Assembly: GCA_949051815.1 (NCBI GenBank)
Contig: CARQVR010000006.1
Span: 30,858-94,857, forward strand
Source of the DNA: an uncultured Lachnospiraceae bacterium
GTDB taxonomy: Bacteria; Bacillota; Clostridia; Lachnospirales; Lachnospiraceae
Direction of reading: 5' to 3'
DNA: 64,000 nucleotides
A model generated the notes under the pieces. It saw only the letters and a list, made by a program, of their open reading frames with translations, made no database searches and was not told the DNA's origin. Of the stretch, positions 17,887-28,754 are shown one piece after another (position 1 is the first letter of the stretch; every line of letters starts with the position of its first letter). The position numbers and the translations under genes were made by a program.

Positions 17887-19566
17887 TCAGCCCCGAAGCT
17901 GGAAATGCCGTACCGCTGCCTGCAGCCTCTCCGCGTGATGGTGCAGCTCCTGCGCCGAGGAAGCCGACTCCTCCGCCGTGTTGGCATTGCTTTGCACAAC
18001 CGCGGAAATATTTTCCATTCCCTCCGTCAACTGGCTCAAAGATTCCGCCTGCTGTTTTGCGCTGTCCGCAATGTGTTCCACCAGCTCCGCCGACTGTCTG
18101 GAATTGGTAACCACATTTGTGAGAGCCGTCATGGTTTCCCTGGACAAAGAGGCGCCATATTGGACGAGCTGTACCGAATTGACAATCAGGTCTGTAATAT
18201 CCTTGGCAGACTCCGCACTCTTGGCCGCAAGCTGCTGCACTTCGTTCGCAACCACCGCAAAGCCTTTTCCCGCGGCTCCGACTCTGGCTGCCTCCACGGA
18301 AGCGTTCAGAGCCAGAATATTGGTCTGGAACGAGATATCCTCAATGGTCTTAATGATCCCGCTGATCTGATCCGAGGATTCCGAAATATCCGCGATAGCC
18401 GATGAAAGGGCGTCCATTTTCTGGCTGCATACGGTGAGCTGGCTCTCCGTCTCCTCCGCCGATTTTCTGGCATTGTCCGCATCCTTGGAAGTGCGTTTTA
18501 CCTGCCCGGAAATATCCTGTATACCGGCAGAAAGTTCTTCCACAGCGGCCGCCTGCTGGACCGCGCCGTCAGACAGGGTCTGTGCGCTGACAGCCATCCG
18601 CTCGGACCTGTCAGACACCTTACCGGCAGTCTGGTGAATCCGGCTTAAAGCATCATTAAGCCCGTCTAAAATCTGGCGCATGGCATCCTGTATCGGTAAA
18701 AACTCACCCCGGTAACTGCTGTCGATGGACAGATTCATATTGCCGTGAGCCATTTCGGACAGCTTATTGTCAATATCCGATATGTATTTTTTCAGTTCGC
18801 CCTTCGTCTCATGGATGGACGCTACCAGCATACCAATCTCCGAAGTGTCGGAACGAAAACCAAATGCCGCCGAGAGATTGCCCTGAGAGATTTCTCCCAT
18901 CTGGTCGCGCACGGCGATGACAGGGCGCAAAATTTTTTTGCGGATGACACGCATACTGATCACCTGCAGCGTCCCTACCATAACCAGTGCCAACACCATA
19001 AGCGCCCTGATTGTACTGCTGGTCTCGCTCAGGTACTGCACCTCCTGAAGGGTTCTGCCGTCAAGCGTCTCCAGAAACTGTTCTTTCAGCGCGTTAATCT
19101 TCGTGATGGAGTCATTATAGTCATCCCCGTAAACGTAATCGACAGCGTCGCTCTGCTCACCGGCCTGCACCTGCTTCATGGCTGCCTCCTCCAGAGGCAC
19201 CAGCTCGTTAGAAAGACTGTACATACCGTCGATCATCTTCTGTTCTTCGTTCGTGATACCGATTTCCTGCATGGCTGCAACACCGATATCCCGGTTTTTT
19301 AACGTATTGACTTCATTCCAATAGTTATCGTAGTGCACCTGATCTCCGGTGGACGCGTAGGCACGGACTTCGTTGGTCAGATAGGCGGAACCGTTCATAA
19401 AGCGGTTGGCATTGTAGGTCAGTTCAAAACGATCCTCGTTGGCAGTTTCCAGCCGGCGGCTCACATTGCTGTATGTAACTAAGAGCACCAGCATAAACAG
19501 CAGCGCACATATGGAGCCGACATTCAAAATTGTTGTCAGCGTAGATTGATTGATTGCTTTTTTCAT
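17887..19566 (-). CDS. Methyl-accepting chemotaxis protein
   Basis: Two TMs, HAMP, and [33 protein letters not shown]. Start moved to MKKAINQ. Confidence 0.93.
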   Translation of the reverse strand: MKKAINQSTLTTILNVGSICALLFMLVLLVTYSNVSRRLETANEDRFELTYNANRFMNGSAYLTNEVRAYASTGDQVHYDNYWNEVNTLKNRDIGVAAMQEIGITNEEQKMIDGMYSLSNELVPLEEAAMKQVQAGEQSDAVDYVYGDDYNDSITKINALKEQFLETLDGRTLQEVQYLSETSSTIRALMVLALVMVGTLQVISMRVIRKKILRPVIAVRDQMGEISQGNLSAAFGFRSDTSEIGMLVASIHETKGELKKYISDIDNKLSEMAHGNMNLSIDSSYRGEFLPIQDAMRQILDGLNDALSRIHQTAGKVSDRSERMAVSAQTLSDGAVQQAAAVEELSAGIQDISGQVKRTSKDADNARKSAEETESQLTVCSQKMDALSSAIADISESSDQISGIIKTIEDISFQTNILALNASVEAARVGAAGKGFAVVANEVQQLAAKSAESAKDITDLIVNSVQLVQYGASLSRETMTALTNVVTNSRQSAELVEHIADSAKQQAESLSQLTEGMENISAVVQSNANTAEESASSAQELHHHAERLQAAVRHFQLRG

Positions 19567-19705
19567 CTTATGACCATACCTTTCCGCCCCCAAAGGCTCC
19601 AAATATACTTAAAAATAGCATTGCCAAAATCATAGCATAAATGGAAGCGCATAGCAAGCTGTCGGCATGTCTTTTCGGATCATGAAAAAACTACCATCCT
19701 TTTTC

Positions 19706-20374
19706 TCAGACCACAATCCGCCCATCCTCGATGCGCACGATCCTGTCCGCCCGCTGCGCAATCTCGGGATTATGGGTAATCATCACAATGGTCTGGCGAA
19801 ATGTCCTGCTGCTCATCTGCAGTAACCCCATCACGTCATCGCTTGTTTTGGAATCCAGATTTCCCGTCGGTTCGTCCGCCAGAATAATAGCGGGCCTGGA
19901 TGCCAGCGCGCGCGCAATCGCCACCCGCTGCTGCTGTCCGCCCGAGAGGTTGTTTGGCAGGGTGTCTGACTTCCCCTCCAGTCCAAGCAGCTTCACCACC
20001 TCCATGATAAACGCAAGGTCCGGCTTCTGTCCGTCCAGCGAGAGGGGAAACACGATATTTTCCCAGGCTGTCAGCACCGGAATCAGATTGTAGTTCTGAA
20101 AGACAAATCCTATTTTCTTACGCCGGAATATGGCCGCCTGCTCGCCGCTTAGTTTCGCAAGCTCCGTTCCGTCGATCTGAACGCTCCCCTCCGTGGGCAC
20201 ATCCAGCCCGCCCAGCATATTTAACAGGGTGGATTTCCCACTCCCGGAAGTACCGATGATGGCGGTAAATTTTCCCTGTTCAATTTCCAGATCCACGCCG
20301 TCCAAAGCCCGGACCTGCGTATCCCCGCTTCCGTAATATTTTTTGAGTCCCACTGCTCTCAATACACACTCCAT
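19706..20374 (-). CDS. ABC transporter ATP-binding protein (LolD/MacB-type)
   Basis: [33 protein letters not shown]. Confidence 0.92.
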   Translation of the reverse strand: MECVLRAVGLKKYYGSGDTQVRALDGVDLEIEQGKFTAIIGTSGSGKSTLLNMLGGLDVPTEGSVQIDGTELAKLSGEQAAIFRRKKIGFVFQNYNLIPVLTAWENIVFPLSLDGQKPDLAFIMEVVKLLGLEGKSDTLPNNLSGGQQQRVAIARALASRPAIILADEPTGNLDSKTSDDVMGLLQMSSRTFRQTIVMITHNPEIAQRADRIVRIEDGRIVV

Positions 20375-20394
20375 AACACCTCTCCTCTCTGCCA

Positions 20395-22986
20395 TCACTC
20401 CGCTATGCGAAGCTGCTCAACAATACTGCCCTTATGGAACAGGCGAAGGGCAAACACCGGCACTGCCGCGGATATCACCAAAAGCGCGGTGCAGGCCAAA
20501 AGCGCAGGAGCCAGCGTAAAGCGGAAGGTAAACTGCCACATGGAGCCGACCAGCCGTCTCACCAGCGTCAGGTTCAGCGCCACCGACAAAACAAGCCCGG
20601 ACAGGCAGGCTCCCGCCGCATAGCAAAGCCCCTCCCACACCATCATTTCCGTAAGCTGACGTCTCGTCATACCGACACTCTCCATGGAGGCAAACTCATG
20701 GCGTCTGGTCAGAATCGTCGTGATCATGGTATTCATCAGGTTTAATATCCCGGCAAGACCGAAAATCAGTCCCACAAAACCGCCCACAAAACGGATCATC
20801 CTCCGCGTTCCCTCTGCCCCTTCTCTGGCCGTCTGCGCGGAAAGGTAGTTGATACCTGTGTCCACATGTTCCATATAGTCCTCCAGAAACGCCGTCATTT
20901 CCGTCTCGTACCCCTCCTCCACGTCGAAGGAATATTTATACACCGAAGGTACATCGTACAGCGTCTCGTAAACGGCGGCGGGCAGATACAGAAACAGACC
21001 GTCCCCGCCGATTACGTTGGGACCGTTTACCGTAAAGCCGATTTCCACATCGTCTCCGTTTAAAGCCGCCTTCGCCAGCACGGGCAGCTCCATCACCGGC
21101 GCGCCGTCTTTGTATACGGTGATCGTCTCCCCCACGTCAATCAGCTCCAGACGCGGTATCAGAGACATATCTCTCCGGTCCACATGCACGCCGACAAGCA
21201 CGCCCTCTCCGGCGGACATCTTTTCGTATAGAGCATGGGCATCCGTCTCCCCTTCCCGCAGATCCATCCGGGAAAGAACCGCTTCCTCTATCCCGTAGAC
21301 ATTACAGATCATACGGCCATCGTCTCCCAGGCCGTAGCTGTTGTACACATCATCGAAGGCAAAGGTGAGGCCGCTGTACTCATCCACATAAGCCTCTTCC
21401 GTCAGGGAATGTCCAAAGTCATAGGTCACATTGGCATCCTCCGCCGTATTTTTGTACACCGCGGTTCCCCCGGTCACACCGGGTCTTTCGGCAATGTCGG
21501 CGATGGTCTTTTTTTGCAGCGCCTCCGCCCGTCTGGTGAATCCTTTCATGTTACTGGAGCTGACCGCGTTCACCACCGCGAAATCGGTGCGGATCATGAA
21601 GGCCGTCTCCTTCTCCACGTCCATGCTGTCCGCCGCCGTGCCCGCACAGTTTAACAGCACAACACACAGCATCAGGGACAGTATGATAAAGCAGGTCCGT
21701 TTCCTGCTGCGTCCCAGATTGAAGCGGGCCAGACGGGGAATGCTGGCTCCCAGAGCGCTTTTTCTGGAGGTGCGCCTTCCCCCTCCGCTCTCCACATAGC
21801 GGAATGCCTCAATGGGCGGGGTATCGGCCGCAGCTCTGACAGGCTTACGGGTGCTGAAAAAGACAGTCAGCCCGGTCAGCGCCGCCGCAGTCAGGAATAT
21901 CACCGGGGAGGGGGAGACACTGGCCGCCAGATACCGGTACTCGGTGGCCACCATACCCATGATCATAGGCAAAGTCATCCTGCCCACAAAAAACCCGGCC
22001 AGCAGACCCACGGGGATTCCTGCGCAGCTAAGCCAAAGCGCCTGTCGGTTGATCAGCATACGCACCTGTCTCCTGCTCATGCCAATCGTCCGGTACAGCC
22101 CAAACCGCCGGATGTCCTGCATGACGGCTATGTCAAACACATTGTAAATCAGCAGGTAGCCGCAGAGCATGAACAGCACGGCAAACGCTATGACCGCCCC
22201 TGTCTGAAAAAGGCTTGGCTGCACGTTGGTGGCCCGGTTCACGACCGCCGCCAGATAATCAGGCGCGCTGATATCCTCCGGCTCACCGCCAAGACTCCGT
22301 ACCAGCCCGCGCAGATTTTCTTCCAGACCTACCGTGCTGTGGACGGTAAATTCGGAAAAATAAGTGCCGGTCATGTTGTGATCCTCTCTGTAGGTATTGC
22401 AAAAAATCTCCGGGTGGCTGTCACGGAAGGCAGTCGAAGCCCACATCACACTGATCTGGCTGTTCAGAGCCTCATACCAGCCGGAAACCACCATCGGAAA
22501 CGCATAGTCCTGCCCCCGGACGCTAAATGCAATCTCAATCTCCGCTCCCACTTCCGGCTCCACGCCGAGACTGCGAAGCGCCGTGTCCGAGGCCACCACT
22601 TCGTTCGGCCCGCCTGGGACCGTGCCGTGGGTGGGCATACAAAAAGTCAGCGCCGCCTGCGTCTCGTCCTCCACATCAAACTCTATGTTATGGCGAAGGG
22701 CATTGTCCAGATAAGCCACCGGCATCCGCAGGCCTGCCGACTCGATCAGCTCCGACCGCCGCAGGGCCTCAAACTGCGCCGCCGTCATATACCTGAGTTC
22801 CCCGTCTGACCGGCTCATCTTCTGCATCTGCATGGTCAGTGTAAACGATTCCATCGTGCCAATCACGATCGTGGTGATCGCGGTAAAGAGCACCGCCGTC
22901 AGCGCAATGGCAAGCACCGCTATCCCGTTTCGCAGACGGCTGGCCGCAAAGCTGCGCCGCATCAGGGTTTTCAACATATCTTCCAT
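20395..22986 (-). CDS. FtsX-like ABC transporter permease (duplicated)
   Basis: Two FtsX-type halves (GYLLIYNVF...FGLYRTIGM; RRHEFASMESVGMT). AGGAGG precedes ATG 22986. Confidence 0.88.
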   Translation of the reverse strand: MEDMLKTLMRRSFAASRLRNGIAVLAIALTAVLFTAITTIVIGTMESFTLTMQMQKMSRSDGELRYMTAAQFEALRRSELIESAGLRMPVAYLDNALRHNIEFDVEDETQAALTFCMPTHGTVPGGPNEVVASDTALRSLGVEPEVGAEIEIAFSVRGQDYAFPMVVSGWYEALNSQISVMWASTAFRDSHPEIFCNTYREDHNMTGTYFSEFTVHSTVGLEENLRGLVRSLGGEPEDISAPDYLAAVVNRATNVQPSLFQTGAVIAFAVLFMLCGYLLIYNVFDIAVMQDIRRFGLYRTIGMSRRQVRMLINRQALWLSCAGIPVGLLAGFFVGRMTLPMIMGMVATEYRYLAASVSPSPVIFLTAAALTGLTVFFSTRKPVRAAADTPPIEAFRYVESGGGRRTSRKSALGASIPRLARFNLGRSRKRTCFIILSLMLCVVLLNCAGTAADSMDVEKETAFMIRTDFAVVNAVSSSNMKGFTRRAEALQKKTIADIAERPGVTGGTAVYKNTAEDANVTYDFGHSLTEEAYVDEYSGLTFAFDDVYNSYGLGDDGRMICNVYGIEEAVLSRMDLREGETDAHALYEKMSAGEGVLVGVHVDRRDMSLIPRLELIDVGETITVYKDGAPVMELPVLAKAALNGDDVEIGFTVNGPNVIGGDGLFLYLPAAVYETLYDVPSVYKYSFDVEEGYETEMTAFLEDYMEHVDTGINYLSAQTAREGAEGTRRMIRFVGGFVGLIFGLAGILNLMNTMITTILTRRHEFASMESVGMTRRQLTEMMVWEGLCYAAGACLSGLVLSVALNLTLVRRLVGSMWQFTFRFTLAPALLACTALLVISAAVPVFALRLFHKGSIVEQLRIAE

Positions 22987-23018
22987 GGGACTGTCCTCCT
23001 GCATGCTTTTCTATGCCC

Positions 23019-23073
23019 AGTATACCGGCCCGATGTCACAGTTATGGTACATCCGTGTTACATTTTTGTACCT
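23019..23073 (-). promoter_or_regulatory. Response-regulator boxes plus -10 upstream of the permease
   Basis: Minus strand TGTAAC-N5-TGTACC-N5-TGTGAC, then TATACT 10 nt downstream. Confidence 0.6.
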
Positions 23074-23128
23074 TTCGCGGGCAGTCAAAAACAGCGCCCC
23101 GGAGAATGCGGGACGCTGTGAGACAGAC

Positions 23129-23794
23129 TTATTTTACGATACGGCCATCCTGCAGGTGCACCACCTGGTCGGCGAGCTGGGCAATCTGCGGATTGTGCGT
23201 AATCATAATCAGTGTCTGGTGGCATATTTCCGTGGTCATTTTTAAAAGCCCCGCCACGTTCTGGCTTGTCTTAAGATCAAAGCTCCCCGTCGGCTCGTCG
23301 GCCAGAATGACCGACGGCTTTGTGATCAGCGCACGGGCGATGGCGGCGCACTGCTGTCCGCCGCCGGAAAGCTGCCCGGGAAAACAGTCCAGCTTTTCCC
23401 CTAGTCCGAGCAGTCCGGTCAGTTCTTCAAAAAACACTGCATCCGGCAGGGAACCGTCCAGCGCAGGCGGGAGCAGAATGTTTTCCCGGACCGTCAGCTC
23501 CGGCACGAGGCGGTAGTCCTGAAAGACAAATCCCACCTTCCGCCGCCGGAAAACCGTCAGCTCATCCTCCCGAAGCGTCCCAAGATCCACGCCGTCCACC
23601 GTCACGGTTCCCTCCGTGGGCTGACAGAGTCCGCCGATCAGGTTTAGCAGTGTGGTCTTTCCGCTGCCGGAAGCCCCGATAATGGCGGTAAGTTTTCCCT
23701 TCTCCACACACAGATCCACGCCGTCAACGGCCCTGACCCGTCCGGACCCTTTTCCGAAATATTTTTTCAGGTTTTGTGTCCTCACAATATCCAT
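23129..23794 (-). CDS. ABC transporter ATP-binding protein (divergent signature)
   Basis: [33 protein letters not shown]. Confidence 0.85.
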   Translation of the reverse strand: MDIVRTQNLKKYFGKGSGRVRAVDGVDLCVEKGKLTAIIGASGSGKTTLLNLIGGLCQPTEGTVTVDGVDLGTLREDELTVFRRRKVGFVFQDYRLVPELTVRENILLPPALDGSLPDAVFFEELTGLLGLGEKLDCFPGQLSGGGQQCAAIARALITKPSVILADEPTGSFDLKTSQNVAGLLKMTTEICHQTLIMITHNPQIAQLADQVVHLQDGRIVK

Positions 23795-23832
23795 AAAAGT
23801 CTCCGTTACAGCGCGTTTTCGCTACGCCTCTT

Positions 23833-24843
23833 CTACCGCAGCAAAAATACGGAAAAAACCGAACCCTTCCCCTCCTCCGACTGCAGGCTGATATACCCCT
23901 TCTGCCGGGTGATGATTCCCCGCGCCAGATACAGGCCGAGTCCGACTCCCTCCTGCGCCGCCGACGTCTGTTCTCTGTAAAAACGCTTAAACACATCGTT
24001 GTGGTGGGCGGGTGAAATACCGATCCCGGTGTCCTCGATATCGATTCTCGTATAAAACTGCCAGGGGCAGACACGGATGCGGACGCTTCCGCCCTCTGGC
24101 GTATACTTGACCGCATTGTCCAGAAGATTCCCAAGGGCCTCCGCCGTCCATTTTGGATCGTGCCTGACTGTCTCTTTGCCGTCGCATTCCACGTCAATCT
24201 GAATGCGCCTGCGATTCGCCGCCGCCAGGACGCTTGTGACCGCCTGCGCGATGGTATCGCCAAGACGGGCGTCCTCCATGTGAAGGGCAAATGTGCCTGT
24301 CTCTAACCGGGACATTTTGATGAGGGACTGCATCAGAAAATCCAGCTTGTTGACCTGCTCGGCCAGCGTTTCCAGAAATTCCGACCGCCTTTTTGCCGTC
24401 AGCTCCTGCTGGCACAGAAGATCCGTGAACATCCGCAGATTGGCAATCGGCGTTTTTACCTGATGGGAAATGTCGCTGACCAGCTCCTGAATGGTCTGCT
24501 TGTCCGTCTCGCTCTGCCGCTGTCCCTCCCTTGTCCGGTCATGGTACTGTATCAGCCTGCCCTGCACCCTGGAAAGCTGTGTGTCCTCAAAAGGCCGGTA
24601 GTTTTCCGGCTCTCTGCCCTCCGACAGGGCGTCTATGGTGGCACAGACCGCGTTCGCAAAATCGGTTTCCCGCCGCTTCTGACATCGCTTCCACCGAAGG
24701 GTCAGAAGCAGGACCAGACATCCCAGAAAAACCACGGACAGGCGTAAAAAAGAAACGGGGATCCGGAACAGTCCCAGGAAAAGCAGCGCCAGAGCCGCCA
24801 GCGTCAGAAGCCGCGCAGGCAGCGCCGTACCGCCGCACCTCAT
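23833..24843 (-). CDS. Sensor histidine kinase (intramembrane-sensing type)
   Basis: Two adjacent TMs, ISHQVKTP, NLLDNAVKY, GVGLGLYL. Confidence 0.92.
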   Translation of the reverse strand: MRCGGTALPARLLTLAALALLFLGLFRIPVSFLRLSVVFLGCLVLLLTLRWKRCQKRRETDFANAVCATIDALSEGREPENYRPFEDTQLSRVQGRLIQYHDRTREGQRQSETDKQTIQELVSDISHQVKTPIANLRMFTDLLCQQELTAKRRSEFLETLAEQVNKLDFLMQSLIKMSRLETGTFALHMEDARLGDTIAQAVTSVLAAANRRRIQIDVECDGKETVRHDPKWTAEALGNLLDNAVKYTPEGGSVRIRVCPWQFYTRIDIEDTGIGISPAHHNDVFKRFYREQTSAAQEGVGLGLYLARGIITRQKGYISLQSEEGKGSVFSVFLLR

Positions 24844-25520
24844 TCCCGCGCCCCCAGCCAGACATAGCCCATACCCCTGACCGTCTGGATATAGGTGTGT
24901 CCGGCGTCCTCGATCTTGGCCCGCAGGCGGTTCATCGTCACCGTGAGGGTATGGTCATCCACAAAGTTTCCCTCCATATCCCACAGCTTTTCCAGCAAAA
25001 GCTGCCGTGTGACCACCGCCCCTGTGTTCGCCGTCAAAAGACGCAGCAGCTTATACTCGTTTGGCGTGATCGCCAGTCTTTCCCCTCCCCGCACGGCGGT
25101 CAGGGTGTGAAAATCCAGAAGCAGAAAACCGTCATCGAAGCCACCGTTTTCTTTCGTATTTCCCCGCCGCAGGACAGCTTCCACCCGCCGCCTGAGCACC
25201 TGAATGCTGAAAGGTTTGGTGATATAGTCGTCCGCCCCCAGATCGAAGCCGTGCAGCTCATCCTGTTCCAGATCATTGGCCGTCAGGAAAATAACCGGCA
25301 GTTCCGGCAGGGACAGCTTAAACTCCCGGCAGAGAGCAAAGCCGTCTCCATCCGGGAGGTTCACATCCAGAATTACCAGATCAAACTGTTCACTTTTTAA
25401 CATCTGACGGGCCTTATCACAGGTGTAGGCCGCGACAGAGAGATAACCCGCCCCATCCAGCGCAAAACATAGTCCCGCGTTCAGGGTCAGGTCATCTTCT
25501 ACAACCAGTATTTTTGACAT
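24840..25520 (-). CDS. OmpR-family response regulator
   Basis: ILVVEDD, LDVNLPDGDG, ADDYITKPF, TVRGMGY. Confidence 0.94.
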   Translation of the reverse strand: MSKILVVEDDLTLNAGLCFALDGAGYLSVAAYTCDKARQMLKSEQFDLVILDVNLPDGDGFALCREFKLSLPELPVIFLTANDLEQDELHGFDLGADDYITKPFSIQVLRRRVEAVLRRGNTKENGGFDDGFLLLDFHTLTAVRGGERLAITPNEYKLLRLLTANTGAVVTRQLLLEKLWDMEGNFVDDHTLTVTMNRLRAKIEDAGHTYIQTVRGMGYVWLGARE

Positions 25521-25562
25521 GAGAGTCTCCCCTCCGTTTCTGTAGTACCCCGGAAAATGCCC

Positions 25563-26213
25563 CTACTCTTCATTTTCCTGCTCGATATGCTGGATTTCCT
25601 CATTCAGCGACATCATCCTCGCATCCAGCGCGGAAACCATCTGCGCGCACTCCACGAGCTGCTCTTTGATATGTTCCGGCGCGTTCCCCTCAAACTTATA
25701 GTGAATCTTATGCTCCAGGCTGGCCCAGAAATCCATCGCCACCGTGCGGATCTGGATTTCCACCTTCGTGTCCGCAATCCGGTCCGAAAGGTAGACCGGC
25801 ACCGTCACAAGCATGTGATAGCTCTTATAGCCGCTGGCCTTCGGATTCACGATATAGTCCTTCACGGATATGACACGAATGTCACTTTGATTGCTGATCA
25901 TCTCGGCAATCTGGTATATGTCCGAAGCGAAGGAGCAGATCACACGAATGCCCGCAATGTCGTTGACATGATTCACCATATTGTCTATGGTGGATTCATA
26001 GCCGTGCTTTTTCAGCTTCTTTACAATGCTCTCCGGCGTCTTGATACGCCACTTGATATGTTCGATCGGATTATAGCGATGTACATGCTGGAACTCGTCG
26101 TTTAAGATATCCAGCTTCGTGGAAATCTGCTTCAAGGCGGAATTATAAATCAACTGCACCTCTTTCCAACTGTCTATATCGCCGTCTTTTCCTCTATCTA
26201 CTACTACTTCCAT
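25563..26213 (-). CDS. Small alarmone synthetase (RelA/SpoT domain GTP pyrophosphokinase, RelQ/YjbM-like)
   Basis: RIKTPESI, DIAGIRV, SGYKSYH, EIQIRT, WASLEH. Confidence 0.9.
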   Translation of the reverse strand: MEVVVDRGKDGDIDSWKEVQLIYNSALKQISTKLDILNDEFQHVHRYNPIEHIKWRIKTPESIVKKLKKHGYESTIDNMVNHVNDIAGIRVICSFASDIYQIAEMISNQSDIRVISVKDYIVNPKASGYKSYHMLVTVPVYLSDRIADTKVEIQIRTVAMDFWASLEHKIHYKFEGNAPEHIKEQLVECAQMVSALDARMMSLNEEIQHIEQENEE

Positions 26214-26317
26214 CTTCAAGAATCCCCCGAAATTATAATTTACAGACTCTCATGAAACTCATCAATCCGCAGGCCGAAAGAATTGTCGGCGTGCTGCCGT
26301 CTTTCGTCCTTCTCTTT

Positions 26318-26439
26318 GCAGTGCACGCCCGGTTCCGCTTCGCTCCTCCTCGCTCACGGGCTTCGCCCTATGCATCCATACGGTTAAACGTTTCGGTGCG
26401 CAAGCTCACCGCTCCGTTTTCCCTCTGGCTGCGCACTGC
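26318..26439. repeat. Palindromic GC-rich element in the leader of the alarmone synthetase gene
   Basis: Closed by GCAGTGC/GCACTGC, with inner hairpins GGGC-TTC-GCCC and CGGTG(C)GC-AA-GC(T)CACCG. Confidence 0.5.
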
Positions 26440-26519
26440 TCATTGCCATCGCGTACATTATACCATACTTCCATCGCGGAATGTGTATATTATACAAGAT
26501 TTTCGAATTATTTAATAAT

Positions 26520-28304
26520 TTATTGTATATTTTCACTTTCCCGCTCCGCAGCCGCTAAAAGACACGACAAAAGAACAGGTACCGTCACCATCAGCGGGTA
26601 CGCGTACCGTACCAGCACCGTGGGCGAAAGCAGAAGGGTCAGGCAGTAAGCCGCAAGGAATACTGCAGGCAGCGCCTCCCTGTATGTTTTCCTGTATAGA
26701 GCCGTCACAAGGTACAGCCACAGAAGCCACCAGTACAGAGCAGGCGCAAACAAAAGCCTGACTACAGGTATTTTGCTGTATTCGTTATCCGATACGATCC
26801 TTTCCAGAAAGACGCGCAGACCCGGAAGCAGGCTGTGCTCCTCCACCTCAAAACCGGCAGGCATCACGCGGTTATCCGTAGAGAGATAGCCGAACCCGCT
26901 CTCCGTGCCAATCCCGTACACCTGCGCGTGGGAAGTGTCCCACAGATACCAGAGCCCGAGGGAATTGTCGAGAAAGGCGTCGATATAAAGCGCCGGGTGG
27001 GCAAGCCCAAGCCGGATCCACGTCCGGATCAGCCCGACAGGATCGTCATGTATCACGGCGCGGCTTTTCACGGGGTCTGCCAGATGGGGATTGTAGGCCG
27101 CGAAAACCCATTCTGAGGAAATATACTTTTCCAGCTCTTGTCTGAGATCCGGGGCAATTTCTTCCTCCGCCTTCACCCGTGTGCGCGCCATCTGCTGCAA
27201 CGGTACACTCAGCATTTCACGGGGACTGCCGTTTTGCGCATGAACTGCGGTTTTTAGTAAGAACGCACAGACGCCGTACAGCGCAAGCGCAAGCAGCGTC
27301 ATACACACATATATTTTCCGCGCCTTTTTCTTTTGCAGATCATCGTCTTTTCGCACTCCGGCATCCTGCACCCCGTTTTCTTTCTGCCGCCTCCTTTTCC
27401 CGAATCCGGCATAAATAACCGGCGCGCCAGCCACAAAGGCATACACCGCATTGTTCCGGAACAGCAGCATGAAAATCGCACAGAATACGCAGACTGCCAA
27501 TTCTTTTTTCCGCACCGCCGCGCCCCCTTCGCCCGATGCGCTCTCCTCACATACCACACGATAAAAGGACAAGGTATACAGCAGGACCAGAGCCGCAAAA
27601 AGCACATCCTTCGTGGTGCTTACCGCCAACACGGAATTGGCCGGAAAAAGCGCGAAAAAGAGAAGCAAAAGAGCGCGCACCCACCCGCTGACCCGCCTTT
27701 GGTATAAAAAGCAAACCGCCCATCCGAAAGCGCACGCCATCAGCGCCATCTGCACCACCGAGTGAACCGCCATACCGGCCGAACAGGAACCGGCGGCAAT
27801 TCCCAGCCGGAAAAAGACTCCTAAAAATAACGTATGCACAAGCGGGTGATGTGTGCTGTAATCTCCGGCCAGCACCTGATAGAGCTGCCCTTCCGCGTCA
27901 TAGGCAAACACCGACGGATAGTAGGCCAGAAAGACAGGCAGCCAGCAGAGAAAAATGCACAGACTGTAAAAGAGCCACACCGCTTTCCTTTTTTCCGGCC
28001 AGGCATTCCGCTCTCTCCCACTGCTTTTCCGTCTTCCACAGCCCATGACAACCGCCGCCAAAGCCGCCGCAGGCACAGACAAAACCGCAGTTTCCAGTAT
28101 AAACAGAAGCAGACTTCCCGCGTAAGCCGCCGGACCGCCAGCGCCAAATACCGTTCCCTCATGGACAAGCCGCCATCCCAGCACACAGGATATGGCAAAG
28201 GGAATGCCCCAGAGAAATGCAAAGCGAAGGCGCCTTTTATTTGCCACTAAAAAAATATATATGCTGTTTTTCCGGATATATACCAATTTATTTGTATTTT
28301 TCAT
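26520..28304 (-). CDS. Polytopic membrane protein (DUF6020-like, possible GT-C-type glycosyltransferase)
   Basis: Many TMs with AYYPSVFAYD, STHHPLVHTL, TKDVLF and FRNNA motifs. Start moved to MKNTNK because the longer ORF overlaps the + strand gene. Confidence 0.6.
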   Translation of the reverse strand: MKNTNKLVYIRKNSIYIFLVANKRRLRFAFLWGIPFAISCVLGWRLVHEGTVFGAGGPAAYAGSLLLFILETAVLSVPAAALAAVVMGCGRRKSSGRERNAWPEKRKAVWLFYSLCIFLCWLPVFLAYYPSVFAYDAEGQLYQVLAGDYSTHHPLVHTLFLGVFFRLGIAAGSCSAGMAVHSVVQMALMACAFGWAVCFLYQRRVSGWVRALLLLFFALFPANSVLAVSTTKDVLFAALVLLYTLSFYRVVCEESASGEGGAAVRKKELAVCVFCAIFMLLFRNNAVYAFVAGAPVIYAGFGKRRRQKENGVQDAGVRKDDDLQKKKARKIYVCMTLLALALYGVCAFLLKTAVHAQNGSPREMLSVPLQQMARTRVKAEEEIAPDLRQELEKYISSEWVFAAYNPHLADPVKSRAVIHDDPVGLIRTWIRLGLAHPALYIDAFLDNSLGLWYLWDTSHAQVYGIGTESGFGYLSTDNRVMPAGFEVEEHSLLPGLRVFLERIVSDNEYSKIPVVRLLFAPALYWWLLWLYLVTALYRKTYREALPAVFLAAYCLTLLLSPTVLVRYAYPLMVTVPVLLSCLLAAAERESENIQ

Positions 28305-28464
28305 GGAAACAGTATAGCATAAAAAACGACCGGCGCGAAAATAATTTAGGAAGGCTTTACTTTCGCCGCAGGGATTTGTATATTGGTATGAGAATGGCAA
28401 ACAATGGCAAAAAACGGTTTTCAAAAAACAGAAAGCTGAACCGTCACGGGAAATGAGGTACGAT

Positions 28465-28731
28465 ATGTTTCGTCTATGGGCAAAAGAGTTTAAAGACAAC
28501 CGCATGGTAAGAGATACCGTCATCGAGGACGGGCGGGAAGAAACCCGCACCCACAAAGTATTCGACGCGTTAGAGGAAGTCTGCCTGCAATTCGATCTGG
28601 GCAAACCCATCTGGCTGGAATCCACCGTCTCCGACTTTAAACGGCACAGCAAAGCCCGCTTTGGTCAGGACAATTTTATAGAAGAAATTGATTTCGATTT
28701 TCTGGAAATTCATGTGATTGAGGAGGACTGA
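28465..28731 (+). CDS. Small conserved hypothetical protein
   Basis: GAGGT RBS, then MFRLWAK...FDLGKPIWL...QDNFIEEIDFDFLEI. Confidence 0.75.
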   Translation: MFRLWAKEFKDNRMVRDTVIEDGREETRTHKVFDALEEVCLQFDLGKPIWLESTVSDFKRHSKARFGQDNFIEEIDFDFLEIHVIEED

Positions 28732-28754
28732 AACGAAATCCGTGCATAAAACGA

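Noticed and set aside
17670..18405. Short ORFs over the second repeat copy and the MCP 3' end
   Set aside because: They derive from the repeat element and the MCP antisense or alternative frames, with no recognisable motifs.
28305..28652. N-terminal extension of the 710-aa ORF
   Set aside because: It overlaps the RBS-supported + strand gene at 28465-28731. The membrane-protein-like sequence begins near 28304.
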